Shown in pieces: positions 23,218 through 32,287 of a stretch of DNA of 64,000 nucleotides. A program made the position numbers and the translations under genes. Under the pieces are notes generated by a model. That model was not told the origin of the DNA. It made no database searches and worked only from the letters and a program-made list of their open reading frames with translations. The stretch comes from Anaeromyxobacteraceae bacterium (GTDB lineage: Bacteria > Myxococcota > Myxococcia > Myxococcales > Anaeromyxobacteraceae), in assembly GCA_047602405.1 (NCBI GenBank), contig JASGHJ010000001.1, positions 2,208,001-2,272,000 on the forward strand, read 5' to 3'. Numbering within the stretch: the stretch's first letter is position 1; each line of letters starts with the position of its first letter.

Positions 23218-23355
23218 TCAGCGCGGCGGCGGCGCCACGCCGTCGTCCTTGCCCTCGGCGGGCGGCCACTTCTTGAACACCGTGTAGAACAGCGCGATGA
23301 CGAGCGCGCCCGCGACGAGCCCGTACGCCCAGCCGTTCGACTGGAAGACCTCCAT
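23218..23355 (-). CDS. Small single-TM protein (45 aa)
   Basis: MEVFQSNGWAYGLVAGALVIALFYTVFKKW..., GC3-rich codons. Confidence 0.55.
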   Translation of the reverse strand: MEVFQSNGWAYGLVAGALVIALFYTVFKKWPPAEGKDDGVAPPPR

Positions 23356-23432
23356 GGACGGCACGGTGGCCACCGGCCGTCCCGCGCGCGAGGGGCCCCG
23401 CATCGGTCGCGTCCGGGTGTACCCTCCCGACC

Positions 23433-24506
23433 TTGCGCTTCGGTCACCTGGGCATCGAGGTCGAGGACCTCTTCGCGATGGAGCAGTTCTACCGGGCCGC
23501 GCTCGGCCTCGAGCTGCGCTACCGGTACGTCTCCCGGAACACCCCCGGCCTCAGGACCGTGATGCTCGGCCGCGACGGGCTCGAGCTCGAGCTCCTCTCG
23601 CGCCCGCGGGCGCCCGCCGGTGCGCCCGCCCGGAGCGCCGGACACCTCTCGGTCGCCGTCGAGGACGTGGACGCCGCGTTCGCGCGCCTCGCCGCCCTCG
23701 GCCTCCTCGGCGCCGGCTTCGAGCCGCCGCGCGACACCGGCGACGGCTTCCGGGAGGCCATGCTGCGCGACCCGGAGGGCAACGTCCTCGAGCTCTCCGC
23801 GCGCATCCGGCCCCCGCCCGCGGTCCCGGTCCGGGCCCTCATCTTCGACCTCGACGGCACGCTCGTCGACTCCGAGCCGAACTACTACCTCGCCGATCGC
23901 GACCTGCTCGCGCGCCGCGGCATCACCTTCACCGAGGAGGACAAGGCGCGGTACGTCGGCGGCGGCAACCTCGACATGATGATCGACGTGCGACGCCGCT
24001 ACGGGCTGCCCGAGCGCCCCGAGGCGCTCGTCGAGGAGAAGAACGCGATCTACCTCGCGCTCGCCGAGCGGAGCACGCCCGTGTACCCCGGCATGCGCCG
24101 CCTGCTCGACCTCGCCCGCGAGGCGGGGCTCCGGGTCGCCGTCGCGTCGGGCACCTCGCCCGCGGTGCTCTCCCGCGTCCTCGAGGTCACCGGCCTCGGC
24201 GCGGCGCTGCCGGTCGTCGTCTCCGCGGAGGAGGTCGCCCGCGGGAAGCCCTCGCCGCTCATCTTCCTGGAGACCGCCCGCCGCCTCGACGTGCCGCCCG
24301 AGGCCTGCGCCGTCGTGGAGGACTCGCGCCCGGGCGTCGAGGCGGCGCTCCGCGCCTTCATGCGCTGCATCGCCGTGCCCTACCTCCCGGCCCGGCCGCT
24401 CCACCCGACCTTCGGGCTCGCCGATCTCCTCTTCGAGGGCGGCATGGAGACGTTCGACCCCGACCGCGCCATGGCGTGGCTCGCGGGCGTCGGCCGCAGC
24501 TCCTAG
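23433..24506 (+). CDS. VOC/glyoxalase domain fused to HAD-family phosphatase
   Basis: GHLGIEVED..RDPEGNVLEL followed by FDLDGTLVDSE, GKPSP, VEDS. Confidence 0.85.
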   Translation: MRFGHLGIEVEDLFAMEQFYRAALGLELRYRYVSRNTPGLRTVMLGRDGLELELLSRPRAPAGAPARSAGHLSVAVEDVDAAFARLAALGLLGAGFEPPRDTGDGFREAMLRDPEGNVLELSARIRPPPAVPVRALIFDLDGTLVDSEPNYYLADRDLLARRGITFTEEDKARYVGGGNLDMMIDVRRRYGLPERPEALVEEKNAIYLALAERSTPVYPGMRRLLDLAREAGLRVAVASGTSPAVLSRVLEVTGLGAALPVVVSAEEVARGKPSPLIFLETARRLDVPPEACAVVEDSRPGVEAALRAFMRCIAVPYLPARPLHPTFGLADLLFEGGMETFDPDRAMAWLAGVGRSS

Positions 24507-25966
24507 GCGGGCGCGGCCGGCAGCGTGACCCGGGCCCGCGTGCCGCCGTCCGGTCCGGGCTCCACCTCGATGCGGCCGCCCAGGGCGGTCACGATCCCGT
24601 GGCACACCGAGAGCCCGAGCCCGGCGGCGGCGCCGGTGCGCCTCGTGAAGAAGGGCTCGAAGAGGTGGGGCAGGTCGGCAGGGTCGACGCCGCGCCCGGT
24701 GTCCTCGATCTCCACCACCACCTCGCGGCCGTCCGACCGGGTGCGCACGCGGATCTCGTTCCGCTCCGGAGCGCCCGGCGGGATCGCCTCCGCCGCGTTG
24801 CCCAGCAGGCCCACGAGCACCTGGGCGAGGCGGGCCGGGTCGGAGGCCGCCGGGTGCGAGGCGCACAGGTCCCGCGTCACCTGCGCGCGGTGCTTCACCT
24901 CGTGCCTCACCAGCGTGAGCGCCGACTCGAGCACTTCGTGCACGTCGGCCCGCCCGGTCGAGCCGGGCCGCTCCTCGCGCGCGAAGGTGCCGAGGTCCCG
25001 CACGATGCCGCGGATCCGCCCGGCGCTCTCGCCGATCTCGCCGAGCGCGGCGGCCGCCTCCGAGCCGGCGCCGGGGCCGAGCCGCTCCACCTCGGCCTTC
25101 GCGAACAGCGCGTTCCCGAGGATGGACGCGAGCGGGTTGTTGATCTCGTGGGCCACCCCGGCGGCGAGCCGCCCCAGGGCCGCGAGCCGGTCCGCCCGGG
25201 CGAGCGCGAGGTGCGCCGTCGCGAGCTCCCGGCCCCGCGCCTCGACCTGGGCCTCGAGCCGCGTGGAGAGCGCGGCGAGCTCGCGGGCGTCGCGCACGAG
25301 GCGCGCGGCCATCTCTCCGACCACCGCGAGCAGGCAGGAGAGGAACCCGAGCTCCATCACGTACGGACCGTGCACGACCTGGGCGGCCACGAGCGTCTCG
25401 GCCACGGCCGTGCCGGCGAGCACGGCGAAGCCGGCCGCGTGGGCCCGCGCCCCGGGCACGCCCTCCCGGGCGGCGCGCAGGTAGCGCACCGCGGGCACCG
25501 CGACGGAGGCCATCACGAGCAGGAACACCGCCACCCCGCCCGGCGTCGGGTCGGCGGTGCGGTACGTGACGCCCAGCCAGGCCACCGTGTGGCGGTGGAC
25601 GGTGGGGGCGGCGAGCGCCCCCGGCCACCACGCGAGCGCGCTCGCGGAGAGGAGGAGCCCGACGCGGAGCCGGTCGAGGCGCCCGCCGCCGAGGGGCCGG
25701 CCGGTCCGGGCGCTGTAGAGCACCCAGAGCGCGACGTGGAGGGTCGCGGCGGAGAGGCTGAGCTGGCTCGCCGCCAGGATGGCGCGGTCCGAGACGGCGA
25801 GGGTCTGCGGGACGTCGGAGGCGGAGTAGAGCGCGGCGCTCCAGGCGACGAGCGCGAAGAGGCGCAGGTGGCGCCAGCCGGGCGCCGCCGAGAAGGCGAG
25901 GCACAGGGCGCCGAGGACGAGCTCGAGGGCGAGCGCGCCGAGGCTGATCGCGGCGGGGAGCGTCAA
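24503..25966 (-). CDS. Membrane sensor histidine kinase (multi-TM N-terminus)
   Basis: AGVAHEINNPL, DTGRG, FEPFFT, GLGL. Confidence 0.88.
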   Translation of the reverse strand: MTLPAAISLGALALELVLGALCLAFSAAPGWRHLRLFALVAWSAALYSASDVPQTLAVSDRAILAASQLSLSAATLHVALWVLYSARTGRPLGGGRLDRLRVGLLLSASALAWWPGALAAPTVHRHTVAWLGVTYRTADPTPGGVAVFLLVMASVAVPAVRYLRAAREGVPGARAHAAGFAVLAGTAVAETLVAAQVVHGPYVMELGFLSCLLAVVGEMAARLVRDARELAALSTRLEAQVEARGRELATAHLALARADRLAALGRLAAGVAHEINNPLASILGNALFAKAEVERLGPGAGSEAAAALGEIGESAGRIRGIVRDLGTFAREERPGSTGRADVHEVLESALTLVRHEVKHRAQVTRDLCASHPAASDPARLAQVLVGLLGNAAEAIPPGAPERNEIRVRTRSDGREVVVEIEDTGRGVDPADLPHLFEPFFTRRTGAAAGLGLSVCHGIVTALGGRIEVEPGPDGGTRARVTLPAAPA

Positions 25967-26139
25967 GCCGCGCGGACGCTAGCACGCGCGATCCGGCCCG
26001 GCGCCGGGTCGCGCCGCCCCCAGGCCGTACGGTCCGGTGCACCCGCGCACCGTCGCCTTGACGAAGGCTCCTTTCTGGGGCCTCATGGCCGGGGCGGCGC
26101 CGCGGCGGACCGCCCGAAATCGCGCGGAAAGGCCAGCAC

Positions 26140-28806
26140 TTGGCAAAGCAGCACCTGCTCCTCGTCGACTCCGACCCGAAGTCGCTCCGGGTGATGGAGG
26201 TCTCGCTCAAGAAGGCGGGCTTCTCCGTCACCACGGCGGTGAACGGAAAGGACGCGCTCGAGAAGGCCTCGATCTCCCCGCCCGACCTCATCCTCTCCGA
26301 CACGAAGATGCCGGAGATGGACGGCTTCGAGCTGTGCCGGCGGCTCAAGGAGGACGACCGCTACCGCGGCACGCCGTTCATCTTCCTGACCGGCCAGAAG
26401 TCGGTCGAGTACAAGGTGAAGGGCCTCGAGCTGGGCGTCGAGGACTACCTGACGAAGCCCATCTACATCAAGGAGATCGTCACCCGCGTGAAGATCCTTC
26501 TCCAGAAGCGGGAGAAGGAGCGGCTCGAGAAGAAGGACCTCAAGGCGAGCTTCAGCGGGAACCTCTCCGACATGGGCGTCGTGGACCTCGTCCAGACGCT
26601 CGAGATGGGAAAGAAGTCCGGCGCGCTCCACGTGAAGAACAAGACCGGCGCCGAGGCGGTCTGCTACTTCCGCGAGGGCCGCGTCGTCGACGCCGAGCTC
26701 GGCAAGGTCGGCGGTGACCAGGCGTTCTACCGCCTCCTCAACTGGCAGGACGGCGAGTTCGCGATCGAGTTCAAGCCCATCGAGCGGGAGGAGCGCATCC
26801 CGGTCTCGACGCAGGGCCTCCTCATGGAGGGCATGCGCCGCATCGACGAGTGGGGGCGCATCGTCGAGCAGCTGCCCGCGCTCGACAAGACCTTCGAGAT
26901 CGACACGACGCTGCTCGCCGACCGGCTCGCCGAGATCCCCGACGACGTGAACGCGCTGCTCCGGCTCTTCGACGGCCGCCGCACGCTCGAGCGCGTCATC
27001 GAGGAGGCCGACTACGACGACCTCGCCGCCGCCGGGATCATCTCGAAGCTCTTCTTCGAGGGGATCATCAAGGAGGCGGTGCCGGGGCTCCCGTCGCCGG
27101 AGCTGCCCGCGCGGCAGGCCGCCTCGCCGGCCGAGCCGGGCCGCGCCGAGGCGACGCCCGAGCCCGAGGGCGTGGACTGGTTCGCGGGCCCGGTCGGCAA
27201 GCAGGAGCCGGAGCCGCCATCACCGCCGCCGCCGCCGTCGCCGCGCCGCCCGGCGCCGCCCGCGCCCCCGGCCGCGCAGCGCCCGAGCGACGCGAAGGTG
27301 CTGCCCTTCAAGCGCGAGGGCGGCGCGCCCCCGCCCCCGGCCGCGCCCGCCTTCAAGCCCTCGCAGTTCTCGATGCCGCTGCCGCCGCCGGGCTCGCTCC
27401 CCCCGCCGCCGTCGCTCGGCCGGGGCCGCCCCGCCGCGCCTCCGCCCCCGGTCGCGCGGCCGGCCGTCCCGCCTCCCGTCGCGCCACCGGTGCGCGCGGC
27501 GCCGCCGCCTCCTCGGCCCGTGCTCGCGCCGCCGGAGGGCGTCGAGCCGGAGCCGTCGGGCGAGGTGCCCCACGCGGCCGAGGCGCCCGGCGCCGGGACC
27601 GCAAGCCCGTTCGACCTCCACGCCGCGCCCTCCGCGGGCACGCCGCCTGCGCTGGAGGCACTGTTCGAGGAAGCCGTGGCCGCGGTCGGTGCCTCGGCGT
27701 CGAGCGCCACCGCGCAGCCGGAGTCCGGGGCCGCGCCGGGGGAGGCGCCGGTCGCCGAGGTCCCGGTGCGGGTCGACGACGACGACGAGCCCGCCGCGCC
27801 CCCCGTGCGCGCGGCGCCCGCCCGCGAGGACGACTCCGACGTCGCGCCGGTCGAGGTGGACGCGCCCGAGGAGACACCGGTCGAGGTCGACGAGCCGGCG
27901 CCGCCGCCGCGGCCCGCGCCGGCGCCATCGCCCCCGGTGCGCAGGACCGCCGCCGCGATGCCCGCCGCGCAGGCCTCGCCCCCGCCCTCGCAGATCGCCA
28001 CGAGCGCCGTGCCGCTCGCCCGCACCGCCGCGCGCGCGACGAAGGGCGCCGACCTCGAGGACGAGGACCTCGCGGCCGTCAAGAAGGGCGCGCCGACCGG
28101 CCTCCTCATCGCGATCGCCCTCGTGCTCCTCGCCGCCGCCGCCGCGGGCGCCTGGTGGGCGGGGCTCGTTCCGGGGTTCTCACCGCAGCCGCCCTCTCCG
28201 CCCGCCCCCGCGCAGGAGGCGAGGGCCGCGCCGGCGCCGGCTGCCACGCCGACGGCGGAGGCGCAGCCCACGTCCGCCGTGCAGCCTGCCGCCGCGGCCG
28301 AGCCGGAGAGGCCGGCCGAGGGCGCCGCGCAGGCCGCGCCGCCCGCGGAGAACCCGGCCGAGCCGCCGCCCGCCCCGGCCCCGGAGCCGGCCGCCGTGGC
28401 GCCCTCGCCGGAGCGGCCGGCCGCGGAGCCGCCGCGCGCCGCGAGCGCGGAGGCCGACTACCGCAAGCTCCTCGCCTCCGCCGGCCGCAAGTACGAGCTC
28501 GGGCGGTTCAACGAGGCCATCGCCGACTACAAGCGCGCCCTCGCGGTGAAGCCGACCGCGGCCGCCCGCACCGGCCTCGCCCGTGCCCTCTACGACGCGA
28601 ACCGCACGGACGAGGCGGTCCGCGAGGCGAAGGTCGCGCTCGACGAGGACCCGAGGTACGCGCCCGCGTGGCTCATGCTCGGCGAGCTCAACCAGGCGCA
28701 GGGCAAGAAGGCCGCGGCGAAGACCGCCTACGAGAAGTTCCTCGCGCTCTCGCCGAAGGGCGAGCAGGCGCGCGCCGTCCGCGAGATCCTCTCGAAGCTG
28801 AGGTAG
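26140..28806 (+). CDS. Response regulator receiver + DUF4388 + long Pro-rich region + TM + TPR protein
   Basis: [54 protein letters not shown]-terminal TPRs. Confidence 0.85.
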   Translation: MAKQHLLLVDSDPKSLRVMEVSLKKAGFSVTTAVNGKDALEKASISPPDLILSDTKMPEMDGFELCRRLKEDDRYRGTPFIFLTGQKSVEYKVKGLELGVEDYLTKPIYIKEIVTRVKILLQKREKERLEKKDLKASFSGNLSDMGVVDLVQTLEMGKKSGALHVKNKTGAEAVCYFREGRVVDAELGKVGGDQAFYRLLNWQDGEFAIEFKPIEREERIPVSTQGLLMEGMRRIDEWGRIVEQLPALDKTFEIDTTLLADRLAEIPDDVNALLRLFDGRRTLERVIEEADYDDLAAAGIISKLFFEGIIKEAVPGLPSPELPARQAASPAEPGRAEATPEPEGVDWFAGPVGKQEPEPPSPPPPPSPRRPAPPAPPAAQRPSDAKVLPFKREGGAPPPPAAPAFKPSQFSMPLPPPGSLPPPPSLGRGRPAAPPPPVARPAVPPPVAPPVRAAPPPPRPVLAPPEGVEPEPSGEVPHAAEAPGAGTASPFDLHAAPSAGTPPALEALFEEAVAAVGASASSATAQPESGAAPGEAPVAEVPVRVDDDDEPAAPPVRAAPAREDDSDVAPVEVDAPEETPVEVDEPAPPPRPAPAPSPPVRRTAAAMPAAQASPPPSQIATSAVPLARTAARATKGADLEDEDLAAVKKGAPTGLLIAIALVLLAAAAAGAWWAGLVPGFSPQPPSPPAPAQEARAAPAPAATPTAEAQPTSAVQPAAAAEPERPAEGAAQAAPPAENPAEPPPAPAPEPAAVAPSPERPAAEPPRAASAEADYRKLLASAGRKYELGRFNEAIADYKRALAVKPTAAARTGLARALYDANRTDEAVREAKVALDEDPRYAPAWLMLGELNQAQGKKAAAKTAYEKFLALSPKGEQARAVREILSKLR

Positions 28807-28843
28807 GCGCGGGCCGCCCGTCCGCGCTAGAACCCGGCTCCTC

Positions 28844-28945
28844 ATGCGCGTCCTCGCGATCGAGACCTCCTGCGACGAGGCTGGGCTTCGCAGGGGGCAT
28901 CCCCCCGCACCCCCCGCCGTCTCGTCGCATCCGGAGGCGCCGTGA
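28844..28945 (+). other. 33-codon ORF whose first 12 codons duplicate the TsaD N-terminus; stop overlaps the tsaD start (GTGA)
   Basis: Translates MRVLAIETSCDEAGLRRGHPPAPPAVSSHPEAP*. A 21-bp exact repeat occurs at 28859-28879 and 28957-28977. Confidence 0.7.
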
Positions 28946-29943
28946 GGGTGCTCGCCATCGAGACCTCCTGCGACGAGACGGCCGCCGCCGTCGTCGAGGA
29001 CGGCGCGCGCGTGCGCTCCGACGTCGTCTCGACGCAGATCGACGTCCACCGCCGCTGGGGCGGGGTCGTGCCCGAGCTCGCGAGCCGCAACCACGTCGTC
29101 CAGGTGATGCCGGTCGTCGACGAGGCGCTCGCGCGCGCGGGCGTCGACCCGTCCGGCCTCGACGGCGTCGCGGTCACGAGCGGCCCGGGCCTCGTGGGGG
29201 CGCTCCTCGTCGGCGTGCAGGCGGCGAAGGCGCTCGCGCTCGCGTGGGGGAAGCCGCTCGTCGGCGTGAACCACCTCGAGGGCCACCTCGTCGCGGCGTT
29301 CCTCTCCGAGCGGCCGCCCGCGTTCCCGTACCTCGGGCTCGTGGTCTCGGGCGGCCACACCTCGCTCTACGAGGCGCGCGGGTGGGGCGACTACCGCGTG
29401 CTCGGGCAGACCCGCGACGACGCCGCGGGCGAGGCGTTCGACAAGGGCGCGAAGCTGCTCGGCCTGCCGTACCCGGGCGGCGTCGCCATCGACCGGCTCG
29501 CGAAGGACGGCGACAGGGACGCCGTGAGGTTCCCGAAGGCCGTCGTGAAGGGCGCCGACCTCGACTTCAGCTTCTCGGGGCTCAAGACCGCGCTCCTCCA
29601 CCACGTGAAGAAGCACGGCGTGCCCGGGGGCCAGGCGCTCGCCGATCTGTGCGCGAGCTACCAGGAGGCCATCGTCCGGGCGCTCGTCGAGAAGGCGGTC
29701 AAGGCCGCGCGCCGGCTGCAGCACGGCCGGCTCGTGCTCGCGGGCGGCGTCGCCGCGAACTCGCGGCTGCGCGCCGCCGCCGCGGAGCGCGCGGCGGACT
29801 ACGAGGGCATGGAGCTCTTCCTGCCCGAGGTCCGCCTCTGCACCGACAACGCCGCGATGATCGCCGTCGCCGGCACGCACGCGCTCGAGCGCGGGCTGCG
29901 CGCCGGCGCGACGCTCGCGGCCGACCCGGGCTGGCGCCTGTGA
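28942..29943 (+). CDS. tsaD: tRNA t6A37 threonylcarbamoyltransferase
   Basis: VLAIETSCDET, GGVVPELASRNH, NHLEGH, VSGGHT, DDAAGEAFDK, FSFSGLKT, TDNAAMIA. Confidence 0.97.
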   Translation: MRVLAIETSCDETAAAVVEDGARVRSDVVSTQIDVHRRWGGVVPELASRNHVVQVMPVVDEALARAGVDPSGLDGVAVTSGPGLVGALLVGVQAAKALALAWGKPLVGVNHLEGHLVAAFLSERPPAFPYLGLVVSGGHTSLYEARGWGDYRVLGQTRDDAAGEAFDKGAKLLGLPYPGGVAIDRLAKDGDRDAVRFPKAVVKGADLDFSFSGLKTALLHHVKKHGVPGGQALADLCASYQEAIVRALVEKAVKAARRLQHGRLVLAGGVAANSRLRAAAAERAADYEGMELFLPEVRLCTDNAAMIAVAGTHALERGLRAGATLAADPGWRL

Positions 29944-30857
29944 CCTCGACCTCGTACCCCTCGCCGCGCGCGCTCCTCGAGAAGCACGGCCTGCGCGCGA
30001 AGAAGAGCTGGGGCCAGAACTTCCTCGCCGACCCCGAGGTGCTCGACGCCATCGCCGACCTCGCGGCGCCGCCCCCGGGTGCGCCCGTCGTCGAGCTCGG
30101 CGCGGGGCTCGGCCACCTCACGGTGCGCCTCGCCGGGCGCGGCGCGCGGGTGACCGCGGTCGAGCGCGACCGGGACATGGCGCTCGTGCTCCGGGAGGAG
30201 CTGCTGCCGGGGTGGGGCCCCGATCCGGCTTCGCCGGTCGGGGCGGGGGGCGCCGAGCCCCCCGCGAAACGAGGCCGCATCGAGCTCGTGGAGGCCGACG
30301 CGGTGCGGGTGGACTGGGCCGCGGTCGCCGATCGCCTCGGCGTCACGCGGCTGCACGTGGCAGGGAACCTCCCGTACCACCTCTCGAGCCCGATCCTCTT
30401 CGCGCTCCTCGACCACGCCGACCGGATCGCCCAGGCGGTGTTCCTGCTGCAGCGCGAGGTCGCCGAGCGGCTCGCCGCCGAGCCGGGCACGAAGGACTTC
30501 GGGCTCCTCTCGGTGCTGCTCCAGCGCGAGGCCGACGTGCGCGTCGCGCGGCGGGTGCCGGCCGGGGCGTTCCTGCCGCCCCCGAAGGTCGAGAGCGCCG
30601 TCCTCGAGGCGCGCTTCCGGCCGCCGCCCGGCGGGCCCCTCGACACCGCGCTCTTCCGCAAGCTCGTGAAGGCCGGCTTCGCCCAGCGCCGGAAGACCCT
30701 CTCGAACGCGCTCGACGCGGCGCGCCTCGCGCCGCCGAAGGCGGTGGAGGCGGCGCTCGCGCAGGCCGCGATCGATCCCCGCCGCCGCGGCGAGACGCTC
30801 GAGGTCGCGGAGTGGGAGGCCCTCTGCCGCGCGCTCGCGCCGCGGCTCGCCGGGTAG
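29940..30857 (+). CDS. rsmA: 16S rRNA dimethyladenosine transferase (KsgA) with an in-frame palindromic insertion
   Basis: KKSWGQNFL, VELGAGLG, NLPY, QREVAER, FLPPPKVES, FAQRRKTL. Confidence 0.95.
   Translation: MTSTSYPSPRALLEKHGLRAKKSWGQNFLADPEVLDAIADLAAPPPGAPVVELGAGLGHLTVRLAGRGARVTAVERDRDMALVLREELLPGWGPDPASPVGAGGAEPPAKRGRIELVEADAVRVDWAAVADRLGVTRLHVAGNLPYHLSSPILFALLDHADRIAQAVFLLQREVAERLAAEPGTKDFGLLSVLLQREADVRVARRVPAGAFLPPPKVESAVLEARFRPPPGGPLDTALFRKLVKAGFAQRRKTLSNALDAARLAPPKAVEAALAQAAIDPRRRGETLEVAEWEALCRALAPRLAG
30201..30270 (+). repeat. ~70-bp double-hairpin REP-like element inserted in frame in rsmA
   Basis: Aligns with the reverse complement of 3082-3152; encodes LLPGWGPDPASPVGAGGAEPPAK. 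Confidence 0.8.
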
Positions 30858-31014
30858 CGATCCTCTCTGGAGGAACATCTCACGGGCGCCCACCCGCCAA
30901 CCTTGCCCGCCCACGCCACCCGTCGAGGGGGCGCCCGTGAAACCCTGGCCTCACCGTGGCGAGGCCGTCCTGCGTGAACCGGTGCTGCCGTAAGCCGTGC
31001 CGCGTGTCGCGAAC

Positions 31015-31269
31015 CTAGGTGCCGATCGCCTTCGCCGTCGCGAGGAGGAGGCTCATGTTGCGAGCGCCGTTCTCGCCGAGGTACCGGCGGAACGCCGCCG
31101 GGTCGAGCTTCATGGTCCGGATGGTGCGCGCGACGATGGCCTCGTAGCCCGGCGAGTCGGGCTTCTTGAGCTCGAGGGCGATCTTGAGGATGGCGCGGTG
31201 GAAGGCGGGGTCGACCCCGTCGTCCGTCGCCGTCTTCACGCCCTTCGTCGTCGCCACGCGGGTCGCCAT
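31015..31269 (-). CDS. Hypothetical protein (84 aa)
   Basis: ATG preceded by GGAGG, GC3-rich codon usage. Confidence 0.7.
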   Translation of the reverse strand: MATRVATTKGVKTATDDGVDPAFHRAILKIALELKKPDSPGYEAIVARTIRTMKLDPAAFRRYLGENGARNMSLLLATAKAIGT

Positions 31270-31338
31270 CACGAGCAGCCTCCAGAAGCTTGGAATCGCG
31301 GCGACGATACGTGGCATCGCATGGCATGTCAAAGGGAT

Positions 31339-31378
31339 CCCTGATCCGGGGATCATGGTGACCCTGATCCGGGGATCA
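31339..31378. promoter_or_regulatory. Tandem 17-bp direct repeats, each containing palindrome TGATCC-N2-GGATCA (probable operator pair)
   Basis: CCCTGATCCGGGGATCA at 31339-31355 and 31362-31378, in a divergent intergenic region. Confidence 0.6.
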
Positions 31379-31505
31379 GACCGGGCGCCCGGACGCTTCG
31401 CCTTGCAACCCTTTTCGGCCCCTGGCACTCTCGCGCACTTCGCGGGCCGGAGAGGGGAACCGGCAGCGGCACCGCTCGCGGAGCGGAAGTCAGGACGCCC
31501 GACGG

Positions 31506-32162
31506 ATGGACACCCAGCGGCCGGTCGACCGGCCCCGCTACATCGCCGTGGAGGGGCCGATCGGGGTCGGGAAGACCGCCCTCGCGAAGCTGCTCGCCGA
31601 GCGCCTGGGCGCGCGCCTCCTCGTCGAGCCCTCCGACGCGAACCCCTTCCTCGCCGCCTTCTACGCCGACCGGAAGAAGCACGCGTTCCAGACCCAGCTC
31701 TTCTTCCTGCTCTCGCGCTTCAAGCACCAGGAGGCGCTCTCGCAGCAGGACCTCTTCAGCCGGTCGATCGTCTCCGACCACCTCTTCGCCCGCGACCGCA
31801 TCTACGCGGCCCTCACGCTCTCGGCCGACGAGCTCTCGATGTACGAGCGGGTCTACGAGCTCCTCGGCCCGCGCGTCGTGAAGCCGGACCTCGTCGTCTA
31901 CCTGCAGGCCCGCCAGGAGGTGCTCGTGCAGCGCGCCCGGCGCGCCGGCCGCTCGCACGTCGACCCGGCCTGGGTCGGCGAGGTGGCGAAGGCCTACGGT
32001 GAGTTCTTCTTCCACTGGGAGGACACGCCGCTCCTCGTCGTCAACACGAGCGACGTCGACCTCGAGGGCGACGCCCAGGACCAGGAGGACCTGCTCGCGG
32101 TCATCCGGAAGCACCGGAAGGGGACCCAGCACTACGTCCCGATGGGCACGAAGAGCGGTTGA
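31506..32162 (+). CDS. Deoxynucleoside kinase
   Basis: IAVEGPIGVGKT, NPFLAAFY, FQTQLFFLLSR, PDLVVYLQA. Confidence 0.92.
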   Translation: MDTQRPVDRPRYIAVEGPIGVGKTALAKLLAERLGARLLVEPSDANPFLAAFYADRKKHAFQTQLFFLLSRFKHQEALSQQDLFSRSIVSDHLFARDRIYAALTLSADELSMYERVYELLGPRVVKPDLVVYLQARQEVLVQRARRAGRSHVDPAWVGEVAKAYGEFFFHWEDTPLLVVNTSDVDLEGDAQDQEDLLAVIRKHRKGTQHYVPMGTKSG

Positions 32163-32213
32163 CTCCGATGTCAGTTGAAGCGCGCGGTACGATTGAAGAT
32201 TAGATAGACGTCA

Positions 32214-32262
32214 GCAGTCCGGCTCATGGGCAGGACCCCACGCCTCCTTTCTCGGAGGCACA
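32214..32262 (+). ncRNA. Candidate pan RNA motif (cis-regulatory leader of panB)
   Basis: Two hairpins (GTCC-G-GCTC-AT-GGGC-A-GGAC; GCCTCC-TTTCTC-GGAGGC) in the panB 5' leader. The pan motif is known upstream of pantothenate genes. No covariance search was run. Confidence 0.5.
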
Positions 32263-32287
32263 GGGCCTACACCGGAGGTCGAACCCA

